Source: Mayamaea pseudoterrestris (taxonomy: Eukaryota). From it: 64,000 nt of DNA. The position numbers and the translations under genes were made by a program. Of the stretch, positions 33,806 to 44,870 are shown piece by piece; position 1 is the first letter of the stretch; every line of letters begins with the position of its first letter. The notes beneath the pieces are model-generated. The model was not told where the DNA came from and ran no database searches. It saw nothing but the letters and a program-made list of their open reading frames with translations. The stretch covers positions 62,001-126,000 of the forward strand of contig BROI01000007.1 of assembly GCA_027923505.1 (NCBI GenBank). Reading direction: 5' to 3'.

Positions 33806-36800
33806 ATGCCTACAACTGCTACTGCGCTGGGTTTTGGAGGCCGCGCGCCGAACGTGATGCTTGAGATCCTGGCCCAGGCCGTCGCAATCGGAGTTTCCGA
33901 AATTCTTCCGACCCGGTCTCAAAACATGGAGCTTGCTCTCCTTAATGCGCCCTATCGTGTGTTTCTTAAAAACCAAGTTGATGCTTCCAAGAAGCCATGT
34001 CCCAAAAATCTTTTGATCTACTGTCTCCCGACGAGCATTACAGAGTACCTCAACAGTCATCATGAGGCTGCCCGCGTTAGAAACATACTGCTGAACATGG
34101 TGAATACAGACACAGTGGTTGCTCTGTATGACCCTAAAACTGATGCGATTGTCAGCGTCTCACCCGAAACAGTCTTGCAAGCATTGACCGACGAGACCAA
34201 GCAGCAGGCGCTCGCACTGGCGGCCTTGTCGCGCCTCTCGGAGCTGGACATGCTGGCGGCTGCGCAAATTGGCCCCGACGCACGGAAGGATGTAGTGATT
34301 GTTGTTGGAAGTGGCGGCCGCGAGCATGCTTTGGCAGTAGCTTTGGCCAAGTCTCCTATGGTTGGTCTCATAATCTGCTGCCCCGGGAATGGAGGAACGG
34401 CCGTGGAGGGTGGAAAAATTTGCAACCGAGGTACTGACCAATCGAATGCATCAGTGATTGCGATGGCCAAGGAGACGGGAGCGGCCATGGTGGTTGTCGG
34501 TCCGGAGGCGCCGCTGGTTGATGGACTTGTAGATGAAATGGCGGTTCGATGTCCGGACGTATTGGTGTTTGGGCCGGCCAAAGCCGCTGCGGAGCTTGAA
34601 GCTTCCAAAGCGTTTGCCAAAGATTTTTTGCGCGAGAATGGTTTACCAACGGCCAATTATCGCAATTTTACCGACCTGGACAAGGCATTGGCGTACGTAG
34701 AGTCGCTGGATGAGTCGGATCGTCAAGTTGTCAAGGCGTCGGGCCTTGCAGCTGGGAAGGGTGTATTGCTGCCTACCTCTAAGGCCGAAACAATGTCGGC
34801 GGTGAAGGAAATTATGCTCGACAAGGCTTTCGGCTCGGCAGGGGATACTTGTGTCATTGAGTCGTTCCTAGAAGGACCGGAAGCTTCTTGTTTAGCTTTT
34901 TGTGATGGTAAAACAGCCCGACTTATGCCGGCGGCGCAGGATCACAAAAGAGCACTCGACAATGACCAAGGCCTTAATACAGGCGGGATGGGTGCATACG
35001 CTCCAGCTCCCTGCGTTACACCGGAGCTACAAAGTCGAATTGAGGAAATGTGCATCAAGAGTGTTCAAAAAATGGCTGAGCGAGGTACACCGTACGTTGG
35101 TTGTCTTTATGCGGGAATGATGCTCACTCCGAAGGGCCCCTACGTATTGGAGTTTAATTGCCGCTTTGGAGACCCAGAGACGCAAGTTCTTTTGCCTCTA
35201 CTAGAGACTGACCTCTATGAAATCATGCGCGCATGCTGTACGGGTTCGCTAGACTCGGTCGATATTCGTTTCAAAGAATCCATCTCGGCCGCGACTATTG
35301 TATGCGCAGCGAAAGGCTATCCTGAGGCGTATTCCAAAGGCATGTGCATTACTGGCCTCGATAAGGCGAACGCCGTAATGGGAGTCAAAGTTTATCATGC
35401 TGGAACCGACGTCGACGAGAGTGGCGTGACGCGCTGCTCGGGCGGTCGCGTTGTGGCCGTTACTGGGACTGGTCCGGGGCTGAAGCTTGCAATAAAAACA
35501 GCCTACGAGGGTGTCGAGAAGCTTGACTTCGTCAGTGACGACGGAGAACACCTCATGCACATTCGCACCGATATAGGCCATGGTGCTGTTGGAAAGAAGC
35601 TACGCATCGGCGTTCTTGGCTCAACACGTGGGACGGCCCTCATCCCAATTATTGAAGCTTGCAAATCTGATGGTCTACATGCGGAGATTGTTGCTATCGT
35701 GAGTAATTTGTCGGACGCCTTAATTTTGGAAAAAGGCAAAGCTTTAGGACCGACAGTGATGTCCATATTCGTGTCGCCAAAGAAGCTCTCTCGCGCCCAG
35801 CATGACGCTGAAATCACCGCAGCATTTCTTGCTGCCGGAGTTGATTTCGTCATCCTTGTAGGGTACATGAGAATATTGTCAAAATCTTTTTGTGATTTCT
35901 GGAAAGGCCGATGCATTAATGTTCACCCGTCGCTGCTACCAAAGCACGCCGGAGGTATGGACTTGGAAGTGCATCAGGCGGTCATTGATGCAAAGGACGT
36001 GGAGAGCGGATGCACCATTCATGAGGTGACCGAAGATATTGATGGAGGTCCAATCGTTGTACAGAAAAAAGTCCAGGTTGATGTCGGTGAGACAGCGGTT
36101 TCGTTGAAAGCTAAGATTCAGCCGCTTGAAGGGCTTGCATTTGTCGAAGCAATAAAAAGATACTGTCGCGGCAAGTCGACAAGCTACGCAGACGCTGGGG
36201 TGAGCATTGTTGCTGGTAACGAGCTCGTTGACCTTATCAAACCTTTTTGCAAAGCAACTCGTCGGAATGGCTGCGACGCCGACTTGGGAGGATTTGGTGG
36301 TCTATTTGATCTCGCAGCTGCTGGGTATGATGCTAGTAACACTGTATTAATTGGGGCGACCGATGGTGTTGGAACGAAGCTGCGAATTGCGCAGACCACA
36401 CAAAAGCACGAGACTATCGGTGTGGATCTGGTAGCAATGTGTGTGAATGATTTGATTGTTGCTGGAGGCGAGCCGCTATTCTTCCTTGATTACTTTGCAA
36501 CTGGTCATTTGCAAATTGAACAAGCAGCTAGCGTCATCCGCGGCATTGCTCGAGGTTGCAAGGAAGCAAACTGTGGACTAATTGGAGGCGAAACTGCCGA
36601 AATGCCTTCAATGTATTCTCCTGGGGATTACGATTTGGCCGGTTTTAGTGTGGGAGCGGTAGCAAGAGATCGCATACTTCCACAAGGTGTTTGCGCTGGT
36701 GACGCGTTGCTGGGACTCCCGAGCAGCGGTATACATAGCAATGGCTACAGCCTCGTTCGCAAGCTCATCGAGAAAGAGGGCCTATCATATGCAAGTCCAT

Positions 36801-37219
36801 GTCCCTGGGATGCCTCCTATCCGACCGTCGGCGATGCTCTTCTCGTCCCAACAGAGATTTACGTCAAGTCATGCTTGCCTTTGTTGAAAAAGGGGTTATT
36901 AAAAGGCCTTGCTCACATCACTGGGGGTGGGTTGTTAGAAAATCTACCGCGCAGTCTCCCAGAGGGAGTTGGTGCAGAAATTACCATGCATCCTTCGCTC
37001 CCTCCAGTTTTCAAATGGCTCAAGGATGCAAGTGGATTAGATGATACCGAGCTCCTCCGTACTTTTAATTGCGGCATTGGTATGGTATTGATTGTAGCGA
37101 GCGCCAATGTGTCGTCGATTAAGGCGGAACTAGCAATGAGCGACATTTTGAACGTTTACGAACTGGGCATGCTGGTGTCGGGAGAAAAAGTAGTCAATAT
37201 GAAGACCACACTAACATAG
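33806..37219 (+). CDS. purD-purN-purM: Multifunctional purine biosynthesis enzyme: N-terminal extension + GARS (PurD) + GART (PurN) + AIRS (PurM)
   Basis: GARS: VGSGGREHALA, VKASGLAAGKGV, QDHKRA, NTGGMGAY, LEFNCRFGDPE. GART: GVLGSTRG, LVGYMRIL, INVHPSLLPKH, SGCTIH, DGGPIV. AIRS: YADAGV, TDGVGTK, GGETAEMP, HITGGG, TFNCGIG. Confidence 0.96.
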   Translation: MPTTATALGFGGRAPNVMLEILAQAVAIGVSEILPTRSQNMELALLNAPYRVFLKNQVDASKKPCPKNLLIYCLPTSITEYLNSHHEAARVRNILLNMVNTDTVVALYDPKTDAIVSVSPETVLQALTDETKQQALALAALSRLSELDMLAAAQIGPDARKDVVIVVGSGGREHALAVALAKSPMVGLIICCPGNGGTAVEGGKICNRGTDQSNASVIAMAKETGAAMVVVGPEAPLVDGLVDEMAVRCPDVLVFGPAKAAAELEASKAFAKDFLRENGLPTANYRNFTDLDKALAYVESLDESDRQVVKASGLAAGKGVLLPTSKAETMSAVKEIMLDKAFGSAGDTCVIESFLEGPEASCLAFCDGKTARLMPAAQDHKRALDNDQGLNTGGMGAYAPAPCVTPELQSRIEEMCIKSVQKMAERGTPYVGCLYAGMMLTPKGPYVLEFNCRFGDPETQVLLPLLETDLYEIMRACCTGSLDSVDIRFKESISAATIVCAAKGYPEAYSKGMCITGLDKANAVMGVKVYHAGTDVDESGVTRCSGGRVVAVTGTGPGLKLAIKTAYEGVEKLDFVSDDGEHLMHIRTDIGHGAVGKKLRIGVLGSTRGTALIPIIEACKSDGLHAEIVAIVSNLSDALILEKGKALGPTVMSIFVSPKKLSRAQHDAEITAAFLAAGVDFVILVGYMRILSKSFCDFWKGRCINVHPSLLPKHAGGMDLEVHQAVIDAKDVESGCTIHEVTEDIDGGPIVVQKKVQVDVGETAVSLKAKIQPLEGLAFVEAIKRYCRGKSTSYADAGVSIVAGNELVDLIKPFCKATRRNGCDADLGGFGGLFDLAAAGYDASNTVLIGATDGVGTKLRIAQTTQKHETIGVDLVAMCVNDLIVAGGEPLFFLDYFATGHLQIEQAASVIRGIARGCKEANCGLIGGETAEMPSMYSPGDYDLAGFSVGAVARDRILPQGVCAGDALLGLPSSGIHSNGYSLVRKLIEKEGLSYASPCPWDASYPTVGDALLVPTEIYVKSCLPLLKKGLLKGLAHITGGGLLENLPRSLPEGVGAEITMHPSLPPVFKWLKDASGLDDTELLRTFNCGIGMVLIVASANVSSIKAELAMSDILNVYELGMLVSGEKVVNMKTTLT

Positions 37220-38948
37220 ATCAAATGGACGCAGTCAACGGAACCATGCGGAAGTAGATTACCATCGTAAGAAATGTTCATTTGCTTCTAATAGCTTGCT
37301 TATTTGAACCATTGTGAAAACTTTTGATGTGGTCCGCGTTTTGCATGCATGTACTACAAGGTAAAGTCGGCTAAAGTCGTTCGCACTGATTCATTCGACC
37401 TGAGCTACTTTATAACTATATGTGCAGACACGCGGCCACGGAGAGCATGCTATAGGCGAAGGAGCTACCGCGCCGTTTCTCCTTCATCTTCGGAGCACAA
37501 AGAAGCGTGCCCTTGGCCCATTCCTCACTTCGCCAATGAATGCGCTCTGCGTCTACTTTACAGAATCTCTTGGTAATACTGTATCGATCTGAGCCAATCC
37601 CACATTGGGCTCTGTAACCTTCCATTGATACCTTGCTCGGCGTTTTATAGTCAAAAAAAAGGCTTGATGCGCAAGCCTGATGTACTGTAGACGGCGATGA
37701 TGGTTGGGAGAAAATTGGTTGCCAGGCGATGGACAATCGGAAAGTAAGTAACAGCCTGCACCCTCCTCAACGACGCCAGGGAAAAAGGAAATTATAGTCT
37801 CCTTACCGAAGATATTCCTGAGCTTGTCGGGCACAAACAAGTCCAGAAAACTGAATTCAAGCGCGTGCTAGTATACCATCGTTCTGCTCTTCCCGACAAT
37901 CAAAAGGAAATGTTACCTTGTCATAAAACGAGAGCGACAACATTTGAAAAATGCTATTAAGAGACACGTGGACTAGGTGCATCACTGAATGCGATCAGAT
38001 GGTCTTCGTATATTGGCAGTATCGTTCACGAAGTTGCCAATGGCATATAAACGCGAATTCGGCCAAGATGAAACCTTAAGCTTACGGCCGGCACTTGTAG
38101 TTGCTTGCCTATCGTATGGTGGTTTGCTCATTCATGAGTACCAATGCATTTCGTCGTGTTGATAAGTTCGTTGGCATCTGCTCGATGTCGATGGATCCAT
38201 TGTCGCTACACATAGTGTCCACCGTGTGCAAAAGTGCGCCACGTCTAGTTCAGCGAAAGCTTCGCCAACAGCTCCTCTCCCATCCACTTCCGCTGCCTGG
38301 TCTCCGCCAGGATGACAATGCAAGAGCCAACTGCATGGGAGCGCTACTTCGCTTTAAAGACTAGCGCGTTATCGTGTTCATTTCGCCTGTTGTATGAAAA
38401 TATATTGCTCGCTTTCAACAGTGTTTAGAGAGTATTGCAAGTTCCGCATACACATATTTTCACAAATTGTTGATTGTCAAAATCTAAATTTCAGAACGCC
38501 AGGACCTCCCTACCGAAATTCCAGCGAGCTGCCACCTTCACCCAATAACTTTGCTGAAGCGACGCCAATGTGAACCAGGCCACAAACGCGTCTTCATCCA
38601 ATCTTCTTCCTGAAACAAGCGGCGTCGTCGCGAGGCTTGCGCATTTCATTATTCGAGCGACAAGAAGTTGTTGAATCACTCGTTGCCACCGTCTGGACAG
38701 CTTTTCACCCCCAAAAGCTCACGCAATTCGACGCCAAGTCATGTTACGCCAGCTTTGTTGTGAAAAAAACAAATGAGTAAAAAGTCGCGCAAGCCATGGT
38801 ACTTCAAGTGAATTTTGTGAATTGCATCCGCGCCGCAGCAGCTGGATTGATGATGCCGCGCGCAATGAATGTCATTTTGGCTATATTGTCATCTTGAAGT
38901 GGTCCACCCTAGGTACTCAGATCGTGGATTTGTTATTTGAGCGAATCA

Positions 38949-40471
38949 TTAGGGAAACGAGTGAAAACCGAGTTGGTTCCAAAGACTGTAAAACGTGGTG
39001 CACAATGCTCGGAACTGCGCCGCAAAACTTGGCGACGGTGGCGGATTGTTGTACAAAAAGGATTCAGTGCAAAGATTGTAGTCCACTGACCCCTGACAAG
39101 CAGCGTAACTACCAGACAGCAACATATTTAGAACACGTTTCGCCGGTATCTGCGCTGCATCGTACACTCCAAAGAGACTTTTACATGTCGTAAGAGTCGC
39201 ACATGCTTAGCAAAAATCAATCCATGCACATTCTCCATCACTTACGTTGCGGCATAGAGCGCCCGAGATAGATAAAAGGTGCTCCAATCGGAAGCTGTTC
39301 GATCTCTGACGCGGTCTCGTTTTAGTTCCCCACCAAAGCCAAACACTCCATACAGCAGATCGCCGTACACTTGCGAAGATATCGTAGCAAGGACGCCATA
39401 CACGGCACTCTCGACTCCCGGAACTAGCGAAAGTTTTCCTCCAAAGTCAGTCATTAGGATACCATACTCCAACCATCGAATTAGATCACTAAAGATTTCC
39501 ACAACATCAAGCTGATTGTCAATTGGTACAAGCCGATTCGACGATTCAAGTAGACCCGAATCGGGCGTAACCCAAGTAAAAAGTGAAAAAGAGCGCGTAT
39601 TTGTTTTCTTCCTGTCCCGTTCTTGCAGGAGCTGCTGCAACAACTTGTCCTCCTGGATGCGCTGGTCCCTTTGTCGCGAGCCGTACTTGACGAGTTCATA
39701 TGGAATACTAGCAAAGACTGATGTCACGATGCTCGAGACTAGCGGAGACATCCCGAGCGACTGGACGAGGGGAAATGCTGCTGCATTCGCGACAAAGAAG
39801 TCTCCATCGGCGACAGCATCCTTGGCGGGTGCCGAACGCATGCTATTGTTTCTGCTCACGACTGCGCTCAAAAGAAAGGTGGAGGCGGCCCCGATCACTC
39901 CAGCGAGTGCTTCTCCCAGCGTAATGGAGATAAAGTCTGTTGCAGTTGATGGTAGCATGACATCGAGAACATTTCCCGTGGCCTTTCCGAGATGTTCCAA
40001 TACTTCTTCGCCACCGTTGACCTCGCCATTACCAAACACATCATTTGTTGCCAGACTATACACAATTCCAAAGCTAAAGAAAGCACCAACTCCCGACATA
40101 ATAGCCATCTCAGTTGATGTCATATTTCGTGGAAGTGAAAGACGATTTATGTCAGGTAACCGCTTCCTCTCCAGGATGGATGATCGGGGAGAAAACTCGT
40201 AAAGTGCTGTCCCACTTAATGCTCGCTTGTCTTGTCGTGCAGCAGATTGTGGACCTGACAATCCAAAGCTAAAAGTTTCTAATGGCTGCAGCAATATTAG
40301 TGTTATCAATGCTACCCTCTGCCATGGCAGTGATGATAGTGACCATGCAGATCCATTCGATCTCCATGTCATCGGCATCAAAATGTTCTGCGCATTCTTT
40401 GTTGGTGCGCTTTGGGGGCGTTTACGTTTGGTCATCGCCGACACCGTACCCATCGTCTTCACCGCACACAT
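38949..40471 (-). CDS. Uncharacterised membrane protein, 2 exons
   Basis: The 409-aa ORF ends at a GTAAGT donor (about 39246); the protein-like ORF 38949-39167 is the probable last exon. Several hydrophobic segments. Confidence 0.65.
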
Positions 40472-40733
40472 AAGGCGTTTCGGCTCGTGTGATACATATG
40501 AGTTAACAATAGTGCTCGTGGAACGCCTTCACCAACGTGGTCGTCGCGCAAATGATGGCGCAAAGCTTCCGCGAAACGAAAATCAGAACCGCTGCGATGT
40601 GAACACGTCAGTCATTCATGTTTTCGCAAACAGTCGCGCTTTCGTCACCATGGGAATCACCATCAACAAACGACGAGGCAATCGACATCGACGCTTTTCT
40701 TGCCGTCCGCTTTGCAAGAGCCAACCACACACC

Positions 40734-41954
40734 ATGTCCGCTGAGTATCCTAGGAAACTTCGAGTTTTGATTATCACCATGGGCGGCGAGCGTGAAGCAC
40801 AAATGCGTCAACTGTTTGCCGAGCCATCGATTGCAGAACACTTCGACCCACCAAGCTTTTCGGCCGGAATACATAGTCGAAGCTTGAGAAATCGAAATGA
40901 GTGCTTGACGTATCTACACATGGCGGGTCTGATTCCTGATGGACCCGAATGGACGGCGCTTGAACTCGCAGCAGCCGCTGACGCAAAGTACCAGCAGACA
41001 CATGCCAATCAATTCTTCCATTGCCTCGACGACATTCCAGTTGCTCCTGGTCGCCGCGGCAGCCAACAAGATGTACAGCTACATTACTCTTGTGAATTCT
41101 GGCGCAAAGCAAAGTCGTTGAATCGAGGTCGCGCCGTCTTGGCTTGCCTGCTGGCCCATCTCATCGCCATGAAGGTTTTCGTGGAACGTGATATGGACGT
41201 TATATTGGAGGACAATGTCCGCCTACCTGTCATGGACTGCGCAAAGAGAATATGGGACTGTATACATGCGAGTGAAGAATGGTGTCGACGCGATAGTATA
41301 CAATGCCACCTTCGATACGTTGGATTTCTTGGGTCAGTCACGAATCTGCGATGGGTTTTCGAGTCGCACATTCCCAGGACGTCTCTGCAACGACAAGTGT
41401 CAGACTTTACCGTTTTTCCGTTTCCCACAACGCAAGACATAGATATGGACTTTGCGGCTGAACAAGTTGATGTTGTGTACAATGGTGGAGATGTGGGAAC
41501 TACCGGCAGTGGCGACAACCGAGACGAGCGACACTCAAAGCCGGGAGGCAATCCTATCTGGGGTTGCTACGGCTATTGGATTTCCAGACAAGGCTATGAG
41601 GCTATACTCGAAAGGTTGCGGACTGACGTGGGAGCCATTTTGTGGAAGGGCAAACGCCATCGACACTATAGTGTCAAGCCGATAGACAAGGTTGTTCCGC
41701 GACAAATTATGTCACAATTTGGATCGTCAGCCATTCATATTCCGACACATCCAGCAGTCTTTCGAGCGCCCATGCTCACTAGCAAGATTCATACGCAGTG
41801 GGATCCTGCTTTTTGCAGAAGTACAGAGTTTGAGCTAGCACAGACGGGGTTGCGTTGGTCAGACCTTTGGCTGTCTGCGACGGAAAGGGCCGTTGTATCT
41901 CATCACGACAATACAGGGGAGTGGTTGACGCCTAAAGCATTGAGCGAATTGTAA
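40734..41954 (+). CDS. Glycosyltransferase family 25-like protein
   Basis: ACLLAHL, VILEDNV, GCYGYWISRQGY and PIDKV match the GT25 pattern (C..SH, ILEDD, GY.IS..GA, P.D). Confidence 0.65.
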   Translation: MSAEYPRKLRVLIITMGGEREAQMRQLFAEPSIAEHFDPPSFSAGIHSRSLRNRNECLTYLHMAGLIPDGPEWTALELAAAADAKYQQTHANQFFHCLDDIPVAPGRRGSQQDVQLHYSCEFWRKAKSLNRGRAVLACLLAHLIAMKVFVERDMDVILEDNVRLPVMDCAKRIWDCIHASEEWCRRDSIQCHLRYVGFLGSVTNLRWVFESHIPRTSLQRQVSDFTVFPFPTTQDIDMDFAAEQVDVVYNGGDVGTTGSGDNRDERHSKPGGNPIWGCYGYWISRQGYEAILERLRTDVGAILWKGKRHRHYSVKPIDKVVPRQIMSQFGSSAIHIPTHPAVFRAPMLTSKIHTQWDPAFCRSTEFELAQTGLRWSDLWLSATERAVVSHHDNTGEWLTPKALSEL

Positions 41955-42063
41955 GTATGCCCGCACAAGATTTACACCGCAAAACAGATTCATAATTACT
42001 TAAGACTTGTTTTCTAGCCTGTTTTTCCCGATAGTATGAATGGGAGGCAGGCGAGCAAGCTCA

Positions 42064-42789
42064 TCAATCTTCAATATCCACGTCAATCACAGTTCGTTCT
42101 CTTCGAAAACGTTTCGCACTCTCTTCTCGTTTAGAGGCAGACTTTTCTAACGTCGTTGGTGCTTTAACGTTGGAAAAGATGTTGTCGAAGAACCCCAGAG
42201 AGCTCAACCGATCTGACATGCTCGCTTTCGAAACAAGGTCAATCTCTTTATTATCAATCGAAGCTGCCAACTCAGCGCCACAGTTGTAGCAGATGGATGA
42301 AGTAGAACTTTCTGTCACGGTTGTATCTTGTCTCTTCATGACAATCGCTGGTGCCCCACATGAAGGACAAGTGCCAGAAACTGTGTTGAAAGATTGCCAA
42401 ACGTTTAAGCCGAAAACCAGAATCACCGGCGTCAAAATAGTCAGGAGCAGGAGCGAGTTAAAAATACCCAAGACAAAGGCTCCCAGTGGCGACAGAAAGA
42501 AAGCAACTGTCAGTCCAATCGTAAATATTGACGACACCAATCCATTACTGTCGCGATTGTTCGATGGTGGGAGAAATGCATGGAGGGCGGTAAAAGACAC
42601 TGCGCACACAGGAGTAACTGTTAGTTGGCCAGGTCGATGATAAAAAGGTTTAAAGTCGGTAGCAATTATCCTCCTCGAGCTCCCAGTCATTGCTCCTGTT
42701 GGAAGATGGATGACGAAAGCTGTCACCCGCTGATGGAATGGGACGAGTAGCGACAGTACGGATATACTTTGAAGCGTTACACTCCACAT
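42064..42789 (-). CDS. Plastid-type membrane protein with a zinc ribbon (CPSC...CYNC)
   Basis: Signal ending VTA-FVI, two TM helices, two CxxC pairs and C-terminal TVIDVD. The architecture recalls a conserved cyanobacterial/plant chloroplast family. Confidence 0.7.
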   Translation of the reverse strand: MWSVTLQSISVLSLLVPFHQRVTAFVIHLPTGAMTGSSRRIIATDFKPFYHRPGQLTVTPVCAVSFTALHAFLPPSNNRDSNGLVSSIFTIGLTVAFFLSPLGAFVLGIFNSLLLLTILTPVILVFGLNVWQSFNTVSGTCPSCGAPAIVMKRQDTTVTESSTSSICYNCGAELAASIDNKEIDLVSKASMSDRLSSLGFFDNIFSNVKAPTTLEKSASKREESAKRFRRERTVIDVDIED

Positions 42790-43703
42790 ATTCAAACACG
42801 AAAAAGAAATGTAAGGTCTTGCAGTTGGAATGTAGCTTTTATATTCTGATAGTGGTAGGATCTCTCCGGACATGCTCCACGAGATTAATTGTGTGATACT
42901 GCCGCTGCGACAATATGAAGTTTGTAAAGCAATGACCGTCAAAATGACCGTGTCGTTCTACGACATCTCCTACCTTTGGCGAAGCAGTTTCAACTACTCG
43001 TTCCGATAGGTATGTAGACAATGGACGCAATGGTCCGGTATGGAGACAATGGACACAATACTATGGTATGTGTCATTTTCTTGACTTTGTTAGTTCTCTC
43101 ATTACTAAACCCATGCAGCTTTGTTTGATCTACCGGTAGACTGGCTTTGAAGGATCCCAAACTACTCTGTCCATTGCCTACGGTAATTGTACATGCGCGC
43201 GAAGCGCGCGAAAGTCTTTGAACCCTTAATAATCACTTCATACATGCAGCAATACATATGCCATAGCTTTGCATAATTGTCTAGTATATGCAAAACCTGC
43301 TGCATCTCATTAGAGCGTTCCCATTGTTTGTACCGATAGGGGTTAGCGCGCGAAGCGCGCGAAAGCCTTTGCTTCCATGTTGAACCGTTGATCCTACCAC
43401 CTCCCCGCTCCGCGAATGTGTTTATAGTTGTGCAGGCAATGATGGCGCAATTGACAGTGACAGTGAATGTGAGGGATTGGGCGGCATACCGATGCAAGTA
43501 CAAGTTGTGAACGTGTCAGTTTCTTGCGTTTCATCGTGAACGTCTTAGCGTTACTCGTTGCAACGCACTTTCAATCGTGCAATGTCTTCCGCGTTCAAGT
43601 AAATGTGACTCACTGTCACCAAATCCCAGCCGGCCATTTTCGGTCAGTTGGTCTATGATGGTGACCACAGACACGCTGCCCAGGGTAGTTATTACGCCTT
43701 TCA

Positions 43704-44522
43704 ATGCAACGGATGTTACTCTCTCTAACTATCTGCTTGCTGCCGCTAACAGTGACGGGACTTTGTTCCAAACTTTTTACAGTGAGTCCGGTGCATCAGC
43801 ATCGCTGCAAACTTTTCAGTAAAACCGACAGCTTCCTCGACAACCATCAACAGCACCTGTCGAACGATGCAGCATTCATTCTTCCAGTCTTTCCTCTTCG
43901 CAAGACAGTTCGGCTACCGACAGAGAGGCTGACGCTTAACCTCTACGAGGATCGGTACTTGACACTGGCCGAAACCATAGTTTCGTCGGACAATCCATCG
44001 TTTGGCGCCATCTACTCAAGCAACAAGGCTCAGATGGTAACAAAAGGAGGGAGAGGGATGATAGTACCGTTATTGGAACCGGGAGATGTCGGTACAATCT
44101 TCAACCGTGTGCACTCGCGGCAGGATATGATACCTACTATTGGAGGCCGAGTGCATCGACGGCGGATACGACTGGTAGCACTAGGCACCGCTCGTTTCCA
44201 AATAACAATGATCTTGCACCACGGATATGGGAATGATTACTCTCTACCATACATTGTCGTCCAAGCTCAACACTACAATGACGACAGGCAATCGCACGAT
44301 TGCGCTACAACATCAAATTGGCCATCGACCGCTGAGGGCACAGATGTGGATAGAACTGTGATGAAAGAACAAAGGGAAACGTCGAAGTCATTTTGTTTAG
44401 AAAGTGAAATCGCTAGCTTCGCACATGCGTCTGCTCGGTTGGGCGATGAGGAAATTGATAAACGTCTGAGGACTTTAAAATTACAGTGTGCCAATGAGCG
44501 CTCTGCATTAATTAATGCCTAG
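43704..44522 (+). CDS. LON peptidase N-terminal (substrate-binding) domain protein
   Basis: Motifs LPVFPL...LPTERLTLNLYEDRY and LVALGTARFQI. Confidence 0.8.
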   Translation: MQRMLLSLTICLLPLTVTGLCSKLFTVSPVHQHRCKLFSKTDSFLDNHQQHLSNDAAFILPVFPLRKTVRLPTERLTLNLYEDRYLTLAETIVSSDNPSFGAIYSSNKAQMVTKGGRGMIVPLLEPGDVGTIFNRVHSRQDMIPTIGGRVHRRRIRLVALGTARFQITMILHHGYGNDYSLPYIVVQAQHYNDDRQSHDCATTSNWPSTAEGTDVDRTVMKEQRETSKSFCLESEIASFAHASARLGDEEIDKRLRTLKLQCANERSALINA

Positions 44523-44870
44523 CGGCAAGAACTAATCTTCAGGAGTAGCGACTATAAGAACAGTTTTAGCCTGCTGAACTACAGCAAAAAAGTGCATTAT
44601 CCATTTGTCGCTCAGGAAGAGATTAGCCGTTGCATGCATAGCTGCTGTCGGACCGGTTTTCTTGGTCCGAGGCGCTGCGCGATGACGGACCGATCTTCAT
44701 AAGCCCGAGGGAGTATGCCTCAAACTATGACCCCTTGATGCTCTGGCATCTCAGTGCTCGAGTTCATCCCATTGATAGCCTTGGTGTATGTTCCGTAGTT
44801 ATAGTCTCCAAGTTCAGTGCGTTATCCTGTTACATCCTCGTTCCGCACTCCAGATAATAAACTTCAATTC

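Noticed and set aside
37350..38900. Several short ORFs between the purine gene and the membrane-protein gene
   Set aside because: No consistent exon chain or homology could be recognised.
40227..40733. 5' extension of the 575-aa ORF overlapping the neighbouring divergent gene
   Set aside because: It begins at a non-ATG codon and overlaps the opposite-strand CDS; ATG 40734 is the more plausible start.
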